From assembly GCF_001194135.2 (NCBI RefSeq), contig NC_068985.1, positions 3,250,622-3,295,702 on the forward strand: DNA of 45,081 nucleotides. Direction: 5' to 3'. The translations under genes and the position numbers were made by a program. Of this stretch, positions 1 to 12,943 are shown piece by piece. Source of the stretch: Octopus bimaculoides. Taxonomy: Eukaryota. The notes below the pieces were generated by a model. It ran no database searches. It was not told the origin of the DNA and saw only the letters and a list, made by a program, of their open reading frames with translations. Positions within the stretch are counted from its first letter, which is position 1; every line of letters begins with the position of its first letter.

Positions 1-176
1 GTAAAAGCACCTACTACACTCTCTGAGTGGTTGGCGTTAGGAAGGGCATCCAGCTGTAGAAACTCTGCCAAATTTAGATTGGAGCCTGGTGTTGCCATCC
101 GGTTTCACCAGTCCTCAGTCAAATCGTCCAACCCATGCTAGCATGGAAAGCGGACGTTAAACGATGATGATGATGA

Positions 177-214
<38 letters not shown>
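1..214 (+). mobile_element. Young RTE-LINE 3'UTR / RTE-tailed SINE-like repeat (3' part) with (GAT)n tail followed by (AT)n
   Basis: Nearly identical to the copy at ~43904-44078; ends ccatgctagcatggaaagcggacgttaaacgatgatgat. The same tail follows RTE ORF C-termini at 2960-3445 and 16430-16955. Confidence 0.85.
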
Positions 215-217
<3 letters not shown>

Positions 218-224
218 CACCATC

Positions 225-512
225 CGAATGTGGCCAATGCCAGTACCCACTGACTGGACCCCGTGACGGTGGCACGTAAAAAGCATTAACTGAACATGAT
301 CGATGCCAGGCTCACCTGACTGGCTCCTGTGCTGGTGGCATGTAAAAAGCACCCACTATATTATCAGAGTGGTTGGTGTTGGGAAGAGCATCCAGTTGTA
401 AAAACGTTGCCAGATCGGATTGGAGCCTGGTGCAACTGCTGGCTCTCCAGACTTCAGTCAAACCGTCCAACCCATGCCAGCATGGAAAACGGATGTTAAA
501 CGATGATGATAT
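225..512 (+). mobile_element. Older copy of the same RTE-tail repeat including ~66-bp internal modules
   Basis: gtggcacgtaaaaagc modules, then ggaagagcatccagttgtaaaaac and ccatgccagcatggaaaacggatgttaaacgatgatgat. Confidence 0.8.
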
Positions 513-519
513 ATATTTA

Positions 520-825
520 TGGTGGTGGATTCTCCTGTCGAAGACGACAAACGAGCATTCAGCTTTTTCCAAACAACCTGCACAAATGAATTGTTTCTAG
601 TGATCAAATGTTCGTACTGCACATTAGCTCACTCTCTTTATCAAATCAACATTGTCTGAACAGGTGCACAGGTGTGCCACACGTCAGGTGTCAAAGTGAT
701 CACAAAGCAACATGAGATGAAGTGTTTTACTCAAGAACACAACACATCACCCAGTCTAGGAACCGAAACCATGATCTCACAATCGTGAGTCCAACACCCT
801 AACCACTAGGTCATATGCCCTCACA
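520..825 (-). mobile_element. tRNA-derived SINE
   Basis: Head on the minus strand (gacctagtggttagggtgttggactcacgattgtgagatcatggtttcggttcc) with A/B-box-like motifs; homologous to 30052-30306. Confidence 0.7.
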
Positions 826-848
826 CACTTATATATATATATATATAT

Positions 849-1550
849 TTTCAGACAACACTGTACTCATCACTGAAACCTGATCAGCTGCTGACAGAGC
901 TGAAAACTCAGAGCTTAGCTGTAGGCCTTAGAATTAGCCACATGGAAACAAAATATATGCAGTTGGAAGACGTAGCACAAATTTGAATAAAGGTGGAAAG
1001 CAATGAAATTGAGGAGGTAAAGGAGGATGTCTACATCGGGACACACAACGAATATGTGCAGTGATACAGAAACCTCAAAAGGAATATGAGTAAGATGGAA
1101 AGCATTTAACTCAGTAAAGGATGTGCTCCAAACAAAGGTAGACAATGCCAAATGTGCCAGAGTCTTCAATCCCACTTGTGCTCTTAGATGCAAGTGAGAC
1201 GTGGACTGCTGCAAAGAGGATAGAACATTGGTTGGTTGAGATGCAGGGGGCCATGGAAAGATCCATGCTAGGAATATCACTAAGAGACCGCATTTAAAAT
1301 GAGGTAATTCAAGAATGGAGCTGAGTACCAAAAGTACAAGTTTCACAGGGCCAGACATATTGCAAGGTTCACGGACCACAGGTGGACCCATGCAGTTGCC
1401 AACTGGTAATCCAAGAGACTGGAAAAGGTAATTTGGAATGCGTCCACATCAATGGGAAGACAATTTGGTCGAGCAATTTGGGTCAAGATGGAAAAGAATG
1501 GCGCAATCAAGACAAAAATGGAAACATTGTGACCAGGTGTGTAACAGCAT
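849..1550 (+). mobile_element. Degenerate RTE-clade LINE, reverse transcriptase C-terminal half
   Basis: Frameshifted translation FSDNTVLITET (decayed FADD), [56 protein letters not shown]. Confidence 0.85.
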
Positions 1551-1579
1551 TTCATGGCCTGGTTGTGATTGATACCATG

Positions 1580-1582
<3 letters not shown>

Positions 1583-1649
<67 letters not shown>

Positions 1650-1669
1650 TACATACATATCATCATATA

Positions 1670-1704
<35 letters not shown>
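1583..1704. repeat. (TA)n then (TG)n microsatellites
   Basis: Directly visible. Similar tracts occur at ~6912, 8390-8545, 14077-14115, 27690, 28215 and 34295. Confidence 0.95.
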
Positions 1705-1705
<1 letters not shown>

Positions 1706-2959
1706 ATACACACACATTAAGACACACACCCACAAGTCAGATGAGTCCCACTGTGGAAGTATTCTACAGCTAGAACATAAAAATGCCTGGTTTTGCATTC
1801 AAAGTTCATAATTCATTGTCTGTGAAAGCTTTTCAATGTAGACAAAGATACTGATTTTTAATAATTTTTGATAATTGGTAATCATTTAACAAATACTACT
1901 TAATAGACAATACCTAACAATGTTAATTGATAATAGAAGAGAGAATGTGCCAAAGCAATAGATATTGAAGGATCATGAAGAGCAGAAAGCAATTCCAATA
2001 CACCAAACACTCCAGCTTAAATCACAATATACAACCCAAAAAATACAGAAACATACAGCATTATCCATCAAAACATCCTGTTATTGAATGAAAATCCAAG
2101 AATGAGAAAAAGCATTTGAAACACACACACACATACACATTGTAATAAAAGTTGTTACTTAATTTTGTCGGCATGAACTTAAAATGTTTCTAGCAGGGTG
2201 GATGTAGATGCTGTAGATTGATCATAGAGAATACATAAAGCAGACATAAACCTCAAAAAACTTGAGAGCAGGTTCATTACACTGCATTTCACTGGTGAAA
2301 CCAAAACACAAAGAATATACAGGAAACTGTTCCCTATAGACTTGGAGAGTTAAAGCTCAAAGATATCTTGGAGCAAGGCAGTTTCATGTGATCTTAGAGA
2401 AGCTAGTAATACTATAAATATATCTAATTTATACCAGCAGGAAAAAATGGGCATAAAAACAGATTTTTTTTTTTTTTTGTATATCTTAGAATATGTTCAG
2501 TTCTTTTAGAAATCAGTTTATACAGAGGACCACTTTAATAAATTATGTTCAGAGGGTTACAGTTCTCTTGATATTTCTCATGACAAGTGTTAAGAGCAGG
2601 ATCCGAGAGATAAGACTTGCATCGAAGAGGAGGAGGAGGAGGAGTGTAACTGTAAACTTGTGATTGAAGAGTTTTGTGAGTGAATCTTTGCCATTCAGTA
2701 CAATGACCTTGTGATAGGTTTTTTTTTTTTCTTTTTTTTGTCTTAATAATTAATTAGAAGAAAGTCTGATTCCAGTTAATATCTACTCAAAGCTAGTCTG
2801 TCTGGTTTTCATGTGAGAAATGAATGATGTGAAGATATTGATTTGATCATAATCAAGGTTTGAATATCAGAAAATCTTACAAGAAAACAGTTGGCTTTTC
2901 TTGTTTCGTGGTAAAAATCAAGAGAGAAAATCCAAATTCACATTTTTTATTAAAACGAT

Positions 2960-3445
2960 GATATAAGTGGTGAGAAAGAATCTTCGGGTATTGGGTCTTA
3001 AAGAGGAGATGACAAGGGACCAAGATTCCTGGTGGTTTGCTGTGCATGAAAAGATATGTTAGGTTAAGTAAAATCATGGCTGTCCATGCATACAGCCATA
3101 TTCTCTACATCCCTTGCTCAGCCAAAAGATCCTAATCTTGCAGGTTTGTGGGTGCTGGTGCCATACAAAAGCACCAGTGTTGGTGCCACATAAGAGCACC
3201 TGTGCCAGTGCCACATAAGAACACCCATGCTGGTTCCACATAAAAGTACCCATGCCAGTGCCACATAAAAGCACCCAGCATGCTCTGTAAAGTGGTTGGT
3301 GTCAGGAAGGGCATCATCCAGCCATAGAAACCATGCCATAACAGACAAATAGAGCCTGGACAGCTCTCTGTCTGGACAGCTCCTGTCAAACCATCCAAAC
3401 CATACCAGCATGGAAAACAAACGTTAAATGATGGTGGTGATGATA
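2960..3445 (+). mobile_element. RTE LINE 3' end (ORF C-terminus plus modular 3'UTR and (GAT)n-like tail)
   Basis: VVRKNLRVLGLKEEMTRDQDSWWFAVHEK, then ~23-bp gtgccagtgccacataaaagcacc repeats and the ccataccagcatggaaaacaaacgttaaatgatgg tail. Confidence 0.75.
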
Positions 3446-4489
3446 TATAAATATATATATACACACACACTAAAGCTTCCCAAACATGTGGTCATGAGTT
3501 GAGTCCCACTGCTACTCTAAGCTCTGCTAGACCAAAGCCTCTGGGTGGATTTGATAGATGAATGCTGAAAGGTGTGTGTGTGTGTGTGCGTGTGTGTGCG
3601 CACGCGCTTGTCTAGACATCGCATGAACATTATCAAAAAAACATGTCTGGCCATGAGGTAATATCACCTTGCTTGGAAACTGGTCGCAGTTGGAAAAGGA
3701 AAGGCACTGGCTGTAATAAACCTGCCTCAACAAATTCGGTCTGAGTCATGTAAACATGGAAAAGTAGTCATTAAACTAGGATGATGGTGATGATGACACA
3801 CTCGTATATATTACAACATATAAGCATTGTATACAGACATTAAACAATGCAAAATACAAACAACTACACTTTCATATATTTTAATGCAAAACAAATAAAA
3901 CTACAGCAAACTCAATCTGCATCTTTTCTACACCAGATACCTCACAATAATTATAATGGTAATCATAAAAAAACATATTAAGTTTCACTTATGATCCAAA
4001 ATTAACATTACAACTCACATGAAAAAGTGTAACAAAGCACTTAATATTTTTAATCTCTAGCTTTTTTGTTTAGAGTGTATAAAGAAAAACTAACACAAAG
4101 CAATCATATCACTGATATATTCCCAGATCAGCCATCAGTTCAATTAAAAGAAATTAGCTACAATAATTATAAAATATCCTCTATGCATTAAGTGGTGAAA
4201 CATAATGCTAACATATTTCTAGTACAAACTGACACACAAGAAATATATCCAAACTGAGAAACACATAGATATTCAGTACAATTTCTTTTTACAAATAATA
4301 CATGTTAAATAAACAACAAAAAAGCTTTGCCTAACACAGAAACTACAATACCCAGGAGTATTACAATCCCTTCCAAATCTACCAGTGTTGAGAAACCTTT
4401 ATGCATCATCAGCAGGTCTCTCAGGGTCACAAGCATTTCACCCGTTAACCTGTATGCTTCCTGAATGGGGCAGCGAGAAGTGAATTAGT

Positions 4490-5745
4490 CTTTTTTTGCA
4501 GAAGGGTTCCAGGCAGCCTCAGTACAGACTGAGGCTGGCTGCCATCCTTTGGCACTTACCAAATCAACCAAATCCTGATGTGTGGTTTTCTTTGGCTGAT
4601 GAGGAACGTCAAGTCTGTCCACCCAGGGTTTTAGAAGTTCAACCACAAAAGAGCAACAACTTTTCTGTCAGAATCTGCCTTTGCAGTTCATTCGCATCTC
4701 CTAGTCTGAGGCTAGATGCAAAATACAAAATGGGTCTCCTATTGGTGCTTTCATCTCAGAAGCCTTGTCACCTTTCCTTAGGAATCTGATACCCATGGGT
4801 GATGAGAGTTGCTGTTTGTTGATCTTAAGCCCTCTGCATGTTTGTCCATTTGGCAATTTCTGCAAGGACCTTGTCATGCCTTCTGGAGCATCTAGTCAAA
4901 ATGTGGGCCAGGGTGCAAAAAGTTGGTCCACACTGCTCGCAAGATGAGCCCTCCTCTTTGCCCTACATTTTGAAATTATTAAGGATCAGCAGGAGGTCAG
5001 TAATGGCATGAAAGAGGACAATTTTCCCTTGTCAGTACTCTAGAGTTCTGTCAAGGGCAATTGTCTCTGATGGGCAAGTCTTACTGCCTTTACATGGGAA
5101 CCATCCCTAAACATCTAACAGAGATCTCTCAAAACTGGTCAAATCCTGTTGAGTTCTTATCTTTTCATACAAAACAGCCCTCAGCGAGTGCCCAGAGCCT
5201 GCTTCTAAATCAAATGTAAAAGTCTTGCTCGCTTCCTTAAGAGCAATGGGCAGTTTTTGTAAATCCTTTAAGTGGTGATAAATGACTCTACAGCATATCC
5301 TGCCCAGCTTTTTGAAACCACTGTCCTTACTTTGTTTAAAGCGAAATCTTCTATGTTGAAAAGGATGCGGAGTGTTTGAGCACTGACAGGAGGAAGAGAC
5401 CATCTCCCAATGGAATTTTTCTTCTGGGATGGGCTCACCGTACACCGCTGCTACTCTGCTCATCACCTCTTCCTGGAAACATACCAACCTCTTGCTTTTT
5501 GGTTTGCCAAACAGGTCAGCAAAAAACTTTCTTTGTGAAGCTGGAGCAAATTTTCTCATTACTCTGAGCTAAACTCTCTGTAGGTCTGTCCATTTGGTAA
5601 TTTCTTGTACTTCCATTTGTATAAGCCTTCTCCCAGTGTCTTAGAGAATCTAGTCAAAATGCAGGTCAAGATGCAAAAAGTTGCTCCACACTGCTTGCAG
5701 GATAAGTTTCCCTCTTTGCCCCATATATTTCATCATTAGCTATGC
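4490..5745 (-). mobile_element. Degenerate, rearranged HERO/NeSL-like RLE non-LTR retrotransposon
   Basis: Minus-strand translation gives GKEEGSSCEQCGPTFCTLAHILTRC..RHDKVLAEIAKW (CCHC knuckle plus RHD), GIRFLRKG, LASD*EM, VVELLKPW..LV..KGW (RLE). A second knuckle copy WGKEGNLSCKQCG lies at ~5600-5740. ORF 5107-5559 resembles the pre-RT/RT N-terminal region (FFADLFGKPKS..EEV; FERSLLDV). Confidence 0.7.
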
Positions 5746-5977
5746 TAGAACTAGTCTCAAATTTTTACAATGGATAAAAATATAACAAACCAGTCAAAGA
5801 ATTAGCTTTGATATTAGAAAATGAAGCATACGTACCAAAAACAAAAGACCCTACTCAGTAAAATAGATGTTAAAACTGACCAAGCAAAAAGTAAAATTTT
5901 TCACCACATGCAACATCGCCTACAAATACCTACAAACATAAATTAAATATCTGAACACTAAAACAATTATTTGGAAT

Positions 5978-6310
5978 AAGGCGCAAGCATGGTAAGAAGT
6001 TTTGCTTTCCAACCACATGGTTCTGGGTTCAGTCCCATTGTGTGACACCTTGGACAAATATCTTCTACTATAGCCTCAAGGTCACCCGAAACCTTATGAG
6101 TGGATTTGATAGATGGAATCTAAAAGAAGCCCATTGTGTGTGTGTGTCCTAACACCACTTGACAACCAGTGTTGGTGTGTTTACATTATCATGACTTAGC
6201 AGTTCAGCAAAAGACCAACAGAATAAGTACCAGGTTTAAAAAATAAATATACTGGGGTCAATTCATTTGACTAAAATTCTCCAAACTGTGCTCCACCATG
6301 GGTACAGTCT
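5978..6310 (+). mobile_element. tRNA-derived SINE (family also at 20215-20595; minus strand at ~11970-12255; fragments at 3480-3780 and 22890-22950)
   Basis: Shared blocks accttgg(g/a)caa..tcttctactatagcctc, gagtggattt, cttgacaacca, gaataagtac. Confidence 0.75.
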
Positions 6311-6908
6311 AATATATATAGCAGCTCTGGCTGCTGGAACTGAAACTAACACGACACTGTTAGAAGGAAGGTTAAGAGAGAGCACGGGCCAAAACTACAC
6401 ATCCTTCCCCTCCATTGGTCAGTTGAAACTTAGATAATGTCATGTGACAATTAGCTGGTGCTGGCTGCTGGAGCCTACCTGCGAGTATTCAAAGGGAAAT
6501 TTGGCAGGATGGTCATTTGCTCGCTGACATTCGTTGACACTGCACTGAAGAAACCAAAGAAAAAAAAGGCCAAAGGAAAAAGGGAAAGAAAAATACACAC
6601 TCAACACCAGAGCTGAAGGCACCTCCGAAAAGTGGGTCCCTGCCACATCGAAAACAGTCGAGGAGTAGGGGCCAAAACCAGACATAGTTCCTCTTGATGA
6701 TATCTTTAGCCACTGGATCCTATAAAGGAACTGTTGAGGTAGCGAACCACGAAACATGGTTGGAGTCCCTCCTGCTAACTTGGAAGCCTACTACGGTTCC
6801 CTAGCTCCAGCCTCAACTGTGAACTCAGAACATAACAGATGACCAATTATAGCATTTACACAACATACCTGTTCCTTCAGATCATCAGTGACCTAAATCC
6901 CTCATATT

Positions 6909-6942
<34 letters not shown>

Positions 6943-7448
6943 NNNNNNNNNNNNNNNNNNNNNNNNNNNNNNNNNNNNNNNNNNNNNNNNNNNNNNNNNN
7001 NNNNNNNNNNNNNNNNNNNNNNNNNNNNNNNNNNNNNNNNNNNNNNNNNNNNNNNNNNNNNNNNNNNNNNNNNNNNNNNNNNNNNNNNNNNNNNNNNNNN
7101 NNNNNNNNNNNNNNNNNNNNNNNNNNNNNNNNNNNNNNNNNNNNNNNNNNNNNNNNNNNNNNNNNNNNNNNNNNNNNNNNNNNNNNNNNNNNNNNNNNNN
7201 NNNNNNNNNNNNNNNNNNNTATATATATATATATATATGCACGTGAAAATTCAAAAGTGAAAACATTATTTTATCAAGCCTAAATTATGCTTTAGGTTAC
7301 AAACTACATTTAATAAATCTCAAAGAGTCCACATTAACCATCATATGCCAATGAAGTAGACTCTACATAACAATAGAGATGCTAGAAATTGCAGCCAAAT
7401 CTCTCTCTCATATAATAATTTTACCTACTTGAATATGGAAAAGAAACA

Positions 7449-7887
7449 TTAACCCTTTTCATACCAACCTGTCCAACATGCGCCTAGGTCCAACATAAAG
7501 TGCCTGTTTTAACCATCTAGCATTTAAATGGGTCATATCAGGCCCAAATATTCTACCTGTTTTAGGTTCAAATTGGTGAGATCCAGCCTCTCACACCTAT
7601 CCTGCAATGTCATTCTAGAAATAAGCAATCACATCATCGAAATCTTGAAGCTACAAGAAAATGCATGATTAATCTAAAACGATGTGGATAAGCATTTCAC
7701 AGAATAATCTGAATGCTAAAGGGTTAAAGTTATCTAAATTTAAACCTTCCATCAAAGTTTCAAGTAACATTGGATTCCAAACACCAGCCTAAGAAGGACA
7801 AAGATATTTTACGAAATTCTTCATTTTCAAAATTTATTGAAACAAAGGTACCGTATTTTAGCAGAAATATGGTAACAAAAAGGTTAA
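7449..7887. mobile_element. piggyBac-type MITE (outer element)
   Basis: TTAA at 7449-7452 and 7884-7887; imperfect TIRs ccctttt(c)atacc / ggtaacaaaaagg. Confidence 0.65.
7509..7727. mobile_element. piggyBac-type MITE nested at a TTAA of the outer MITE
   Basis: TTAA|cca.ctagcatt ... aatgctaaaggg|TTAA; same family as 11009-11536. Confidence 0.75.
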
Positions 7888-8499
7888 ATAAAGGTAGTCC
7901 AATATAGCACATAAAAAGGCAGGCTGGACACAACAATGCTTTTGATCATAGATCTGCTCAATAAAATTTGATCTTAGGCTCAACAACAACCTTGATTATC
8001 TCAGCTTCGATTACAAATAAGAACGAACAGCTGTATCATGTCCTAACTATTACAGTATACTCTACACAAAAAAAACCATAACACGATCATGTGTGGTATA
8101 ATTATGAATGAAATTGGAAAACGAAAAGGAGAGCAAATGCAGTGTGCTGGATTGGTGGAATAGTCTATGCTGCTTGATTGGCTAACACCATGCAACAGGT
8201 TTGCTTCGATAAAAACTCAAATAAAGCCAAACATTTATTTTCGACTGTAAGAATTTACCAAAACACCAACATCCAGGGATCTTTTAAAGAGGAAGCATAT
8301 CCCATTGCTAGAGTAAGAGGACACCAGAAAAAAAGAATACAGTCTCTACAGTAAACGGTACGAAAGGTAGGTGAAAACCTGAGACATATATTTGTGTGTG
8401 TGTGTGTGTGTGTATATTACAAATGTAATTTTGAAGTGTGGATGCAGGAGTGTTTGTGTGTGTGGTTTATATATATGTATATATATATGTATGTGTATG

Positions 8500-8543
<44 letters not shown>

Positions 8544-10867
8544 TACATATGTAAAGCTACTACTATACCTCAATAACAGACTACAGTAGATACCCTCTAT
8601 TGCACACAGCTCCACACAAAGAATTAAGCAAAGCTTTCATCATCGATGGAAATAAGAATAAATTAGTAAATTGCAGAACAAATCAAATCAAAGACAAATG
8701 AAAGAACTACAACAAAGGCACACAATAAAAATATACAAACAATCCATTATGAAAACCACTCTAGCTCAGATATTAAAACTAATCAAAAGAGTTATTAAAC
8801 AAAGCACTAAACCATTTGTAACTTCAGAAATTTTATCATATAATTTCAATAAAGATATTGCATCCACAGAATTAGAGAATCAAATATCATGGGTTCAAAG
8901 TCAATCAATGGCACACTTTGAAACTACAAAAGCTGCTTCAGACCTAAATCAGCAATTCCAGCAGTACCATTCCATCATCATACCCTTTAACTACAGTCTT
9001 CATATTTTTCCACTTACTTCACTTTTGGATTCAAGAGAATTTGTAGAAACTATCCATTAGCAAGGGAGACATATGCGGAGAAAATAAGTTAAAAATTCTC
9101 TTTGTGACAGATAATTTGGGAACTTCCACGCGGTGATTCAACCTACTAGATGTAGAACCCATCAAATCACATCTTAAAAAAATAAGTAAATAAATAAAAG
9201 AATACATTGGTCTTAGATACAGTGTCTGATAGAAAGAAAAATAATGGTATTATCAAAGCTGTTTCATAAGTCAGCTAGATTTGGCCAGACATGAGGTTTA
9301 ACATAAAATAACAACATCCTTTCACAGAGCGGCTTTGACAATACACTACTGATTTCCTACACACTGTATCATGATTTCTCTTTTGTTCTGTTACATATCC
9401 TACTTTCCATTAAGACTTAATCCTAACATTAACACAATCCCAATTAACCTATCGTAAAAATATCAGATATAAAATGAGAGTTTGGTGAAGACTAAGAATT
9501 ATAACTGTCATATGATCTACAGGACCAGTATAATATCTAAACAGCTGACAAGAGAAAAATGCATGTTTTACATGACTTAGAGAAGGAAATGCTTAGGGAC
9601 TTTTTTATTATTATTATTTTTTTAAGGACCATAAAGACTGGTGTTGGAGAAAGAGAAAGATATCAGGATTCATAGACTGTAGGGAGCAGCAATGTCTCAG
9701 GTATCAAGGTAACTTCTGATTAGATACCTGTCCCAAATGCTTGCAGCAGAGTGGACTCCATTAATGACAGCCAACAAACAGATTAAATCAATCACTCTTC
9801 TGAATAAGTGTTTTGCTGGCAGACAATACACAGCGGCTTAGATGTGTGTATCATTACAGTATTACAGACACTAATGAAATTAACTTTCTGGACAATTTGT
9901 GAGTAAAAATCACAATAACCCCTTACAGGAAATTACAAAAATAAAACAGTATATGCAAAATTTAGTTCAGCACAAAATATGCTGGTGTAACATGATTTGT
10001 AAAGAAAAACATTGAGAATTTGAAGAAAGTAATGATGAGCAACTTTGGCAAAGAACAGTAGCATTTAGAATGTAAGACAAGAAATGTCAGTGAGTAAAGA
10101 GACAGCTTAGTTCTACAGCTTCATGTAGGGTCTGTCAAAAGAGAAAGATGGATACTATGTTGGCATTGACAAGGAGTCACTTTTTGCCATTGTAGAAGTT
10201 ATGCCACTTATTGAGTCTGATACATTCCCAAACTACCTAACTGACCAGGTGAATACCCTTAGTCATATTGTGGAGATTATTCATTTTGTGGTTTCTAATT
10301 TTGAATACAAGGGAAGCTTCATTCTCGCTCTCAATGAAAGTTGTGTCTCAATGAAAATAGAACTGTGGAGTTGAAGTCAACATCAGAGTCAATAAAAAAA
10401 AACTGCACTAATTCTGACTCAATGAAAACTAATAAAATCCATTAAATTTTTCACTCACAAAAATACTAATTTGATAGCTAGCTACTCAAAAATAATCAAA
10501 CCAGATTTAAGGTCTTCTATGAAGGAGAATCTAGAAGGAGCAACTCTATTCCCAACTAAGTTTTGGATTTGGATTTTTGATTTAACCCCTATTCAATAGA
10601 TACAAATTTTCTTTAATGAATGCTGTAAGGCTAAACTTTTCAATCGTCTTCATTCATTTAAAGTAATCTTTCATGTTAGTCACTCAAACGTTATAGTCAA
10701 ACAATGCTTTAATCTCAAAACAAAGAGTTATGTAAGCTGTTGAGTTTATTTCTTATAAAACGGTCATTTGTTAAGTTGCTTTAGGTCTTTCAGTACTTTA
10801 GATGTTTGAAGTGGTAAACAAAGATCTTCCCAATATTCTTTTATAGAATTCTTACAGTTTATTTCTT

Positions 10868-10936
10868 TTACATCCTTTTTATAGCCTTTTGATAGAATCC
10901 TTTCCGTTTCTGTAAGTTTGTCATGTTCTTAGTTAT
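10868..10936 (-). CDS. Candidate late/terminal coding exon of the host gene (ITKNMTNLQKRKGFYQKAIKRM*)
   Basis: Acceptor ttattaaatacAG at 10937-10938; 22 open codons to TAA at 10868; non-repetitive sequence; downstream AATAAA-like signals on the minus strand. Confidence 0.45.
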   Translation of the reverse strand: MTKNMTNLQKRKGFYQKAIKRM

Positions 10937-11008
10937 CTGTATTTAATAAATAATATAAAAAATGTCACGGTGGTATAGCTAGAGCCTTCAAACCCAAATC
11001 TCAACAAG

Positions 11009-11536
11009 ATAGCCCTTCACCATTTAAACCAGCCATATCGGCAGGGCTGTGGAGTCGAAACAAAAGAACTTCAACTCCGACTCTCACTCCTCTACTATTG
11101 ACACCTCCGACTCCTCTTTATGTAATTAAGTGATTGTGGTCTACATATCTCATAAAGCATATGCATATACTTGTACTTTGAGTAGGCCCCTAGGTTATAA
11201 TTGGTTTATATTAAAGAATGAAGATATTGCAAGTCGGAGTCAGTAAAACTATACTAACTCCAACTCCAGTTTCTCCTTAATTGTTTCCCACTCTGACTCC
11301 ATGACTCTGACTCCATGACTCCGACTCCTCAGCCCTGCATATTGGGCCTAAATATTTTATTTGTTTTACATTCAAACTGGGCAGATCTAACCTCTCACAC
11401 TTATCCTACAATGTCATTCTAAAAACAATCACATCACTGAAATCTTGAAGCTACAAGATAATGCATGATTAATTCAAAACAAAGTGAATAAACAAGCATT
11501 ATATATGACAGAGTAATGTGATTACTAAAGGGTTAA
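11009..11536. mobile_element. piggyBac-type MITE interrupted by a hAT MITE
   Basis: Homologous to 7509-7727; right end ctaaagggTTAA at 11533-11536. Confidence 0.7.
11042..11337. mobile_element. hAT-type MITE
   Basis: 16-bp TIR CAGGGCTGTGGAGTCG / CGACTCCTCAGCCCTG (one mismatch); 8-bp TSD catatcgg / catattgg; subterminal GACTCC repeats. Confidence 0.85.
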
Positions 11537-11669
11537 GGGGCTAAAAAGTATATAAACACTGTTGTGTGTGTATAGTATAATATAATCAGACTGGAATCTG
11601 GTGCAGCCCCTCAGCTTACCAGCCCATGCCAGCATGGACAACAGACATTAAATGATGATGATGAATGAT

Positions 11670-11890
11670 AGTCCTCTCTACTATAAGGACAAGGTCTAAA
11701 ATTTGGAGAGAGGAGTTAGTTGATTACATCAACCCCAGTACACAACTGGTACTTATTTTATTGCCCCGAAAAGGATGAAAGGCAAAAATCAACCTCAGTA
11801 GAATTTGAACTAAGACTGTAAAGATGAATGAAATACTGCTAAGCATTTTGTCCAGAGAGCTAACAATTTTGCCAGCTTGCTACCTTAACA
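11670..11890 (-). mobile_element. tRNA-derived SINE (family also at 32010-32220, 34770-35020, 35345-35925, 41125-41345)
   Basis: Shared core gaatttgaact..gaaatac.gctaagcattt...gccagc.cgcc.cctt and ggatgaaaggcaaa. Confidence 0.75.
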
Positions 11891-12886
11891 AATATAATAA
11901 AAGAATATACAATTAGTTTAATTACTGGGATGAAGAAGTTAGTGAGAAAAGGAATACACACACACACGTTGGTCCTCTTCATTTTCCAACCACCAAATCC
12001 ACTTGCTAGGCTTTGGTCAGCCCAGAGTTATAGTAGAACATACTTGTCCTAGCTGCTGCACAGTGGGACTAAACTCAAGGAGCAACCCTTTTAACCATGC
12101 AGCTATGCCTACACACACACACACACACACACACGGCTTTGGTCAGCCTGAGGCTATAGTAGAAGACACTTGACCAAGGTGCCACGCAGTGGGTCTGAAC
12201 CTGGAACCATGTGATTGGGAAGTAGACTTCTTACTACAGAGCTACATCTGCATCTTTGAGAAAGATGTGAATCCTATTGCATCTGGTCAACTGATCACGT
12301 TCCACTTAAGAGAAATATCCATTTCTTACATCAGTTTAAAGTTTAAAATTTATAGGATGAAGAGTATGGCTGATAAAATCAGCCTTAGAATGATTAAAGA
12401 TAAAGTCAACTCTAATGGAAATGTAGAGATTAACAAAATTCCTTCATATCACACTCTACCATCTTAGAGTGGAACACTTAGAATAAGAGTCCTAGATATA
12501 CTACAAGTGAATACATAAAAAAAAGGGGACATGACAAGAAATTAACAGAGTATGATTTATTAGATACATACGATCTTGATCAGTGGTCTGCAGAAAGAAG
12601 ACTGACTTAGGGCTAAATAACAACTAAACTCTGTTAGACAGTCACTGGCTCTCAACTATTTCTACCAACTCTCTTACTGTTATCTTTGTTGTAGAACAAA
12701 TGTAAAAGCACACAGTCATGTAATGTGAGTTGACTTAAAAAGAATATTGCTGTACAGCTGGATAATCTTATTAGTACTACATTAATATTGTATAAAGTCC
12801 TAACAAAACGATCGATTTAGCAGTACCACTTTGTCTTGTGGTGCTTTTTACAATGTTGCCAATATGTTGCATTCAAACCTTGCTAC

Positions 12887-12943
12887 CTCATGTAGTTCCA
12901 TAGACATTTTAGGTTGGGCATCAGCTGTATCAACATCACCAGT
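12887..12943 (-). CDS. Candidate internal coding exon of the host gene (TGDVDTADAQPKMSMELHE)
   Basis: Acceptor cctttgtAG; phase 0, matching the 25838 exon; donor GAG|gtagca (alternative AG|gtttga ending at 12879). Confidence 0.45.

Noticed and set aside
8671-9060. 129-aa plus-strand ORF
   Set aside because: TTG start, A-rich low-complexity codons, no recognisable motif or splice context.
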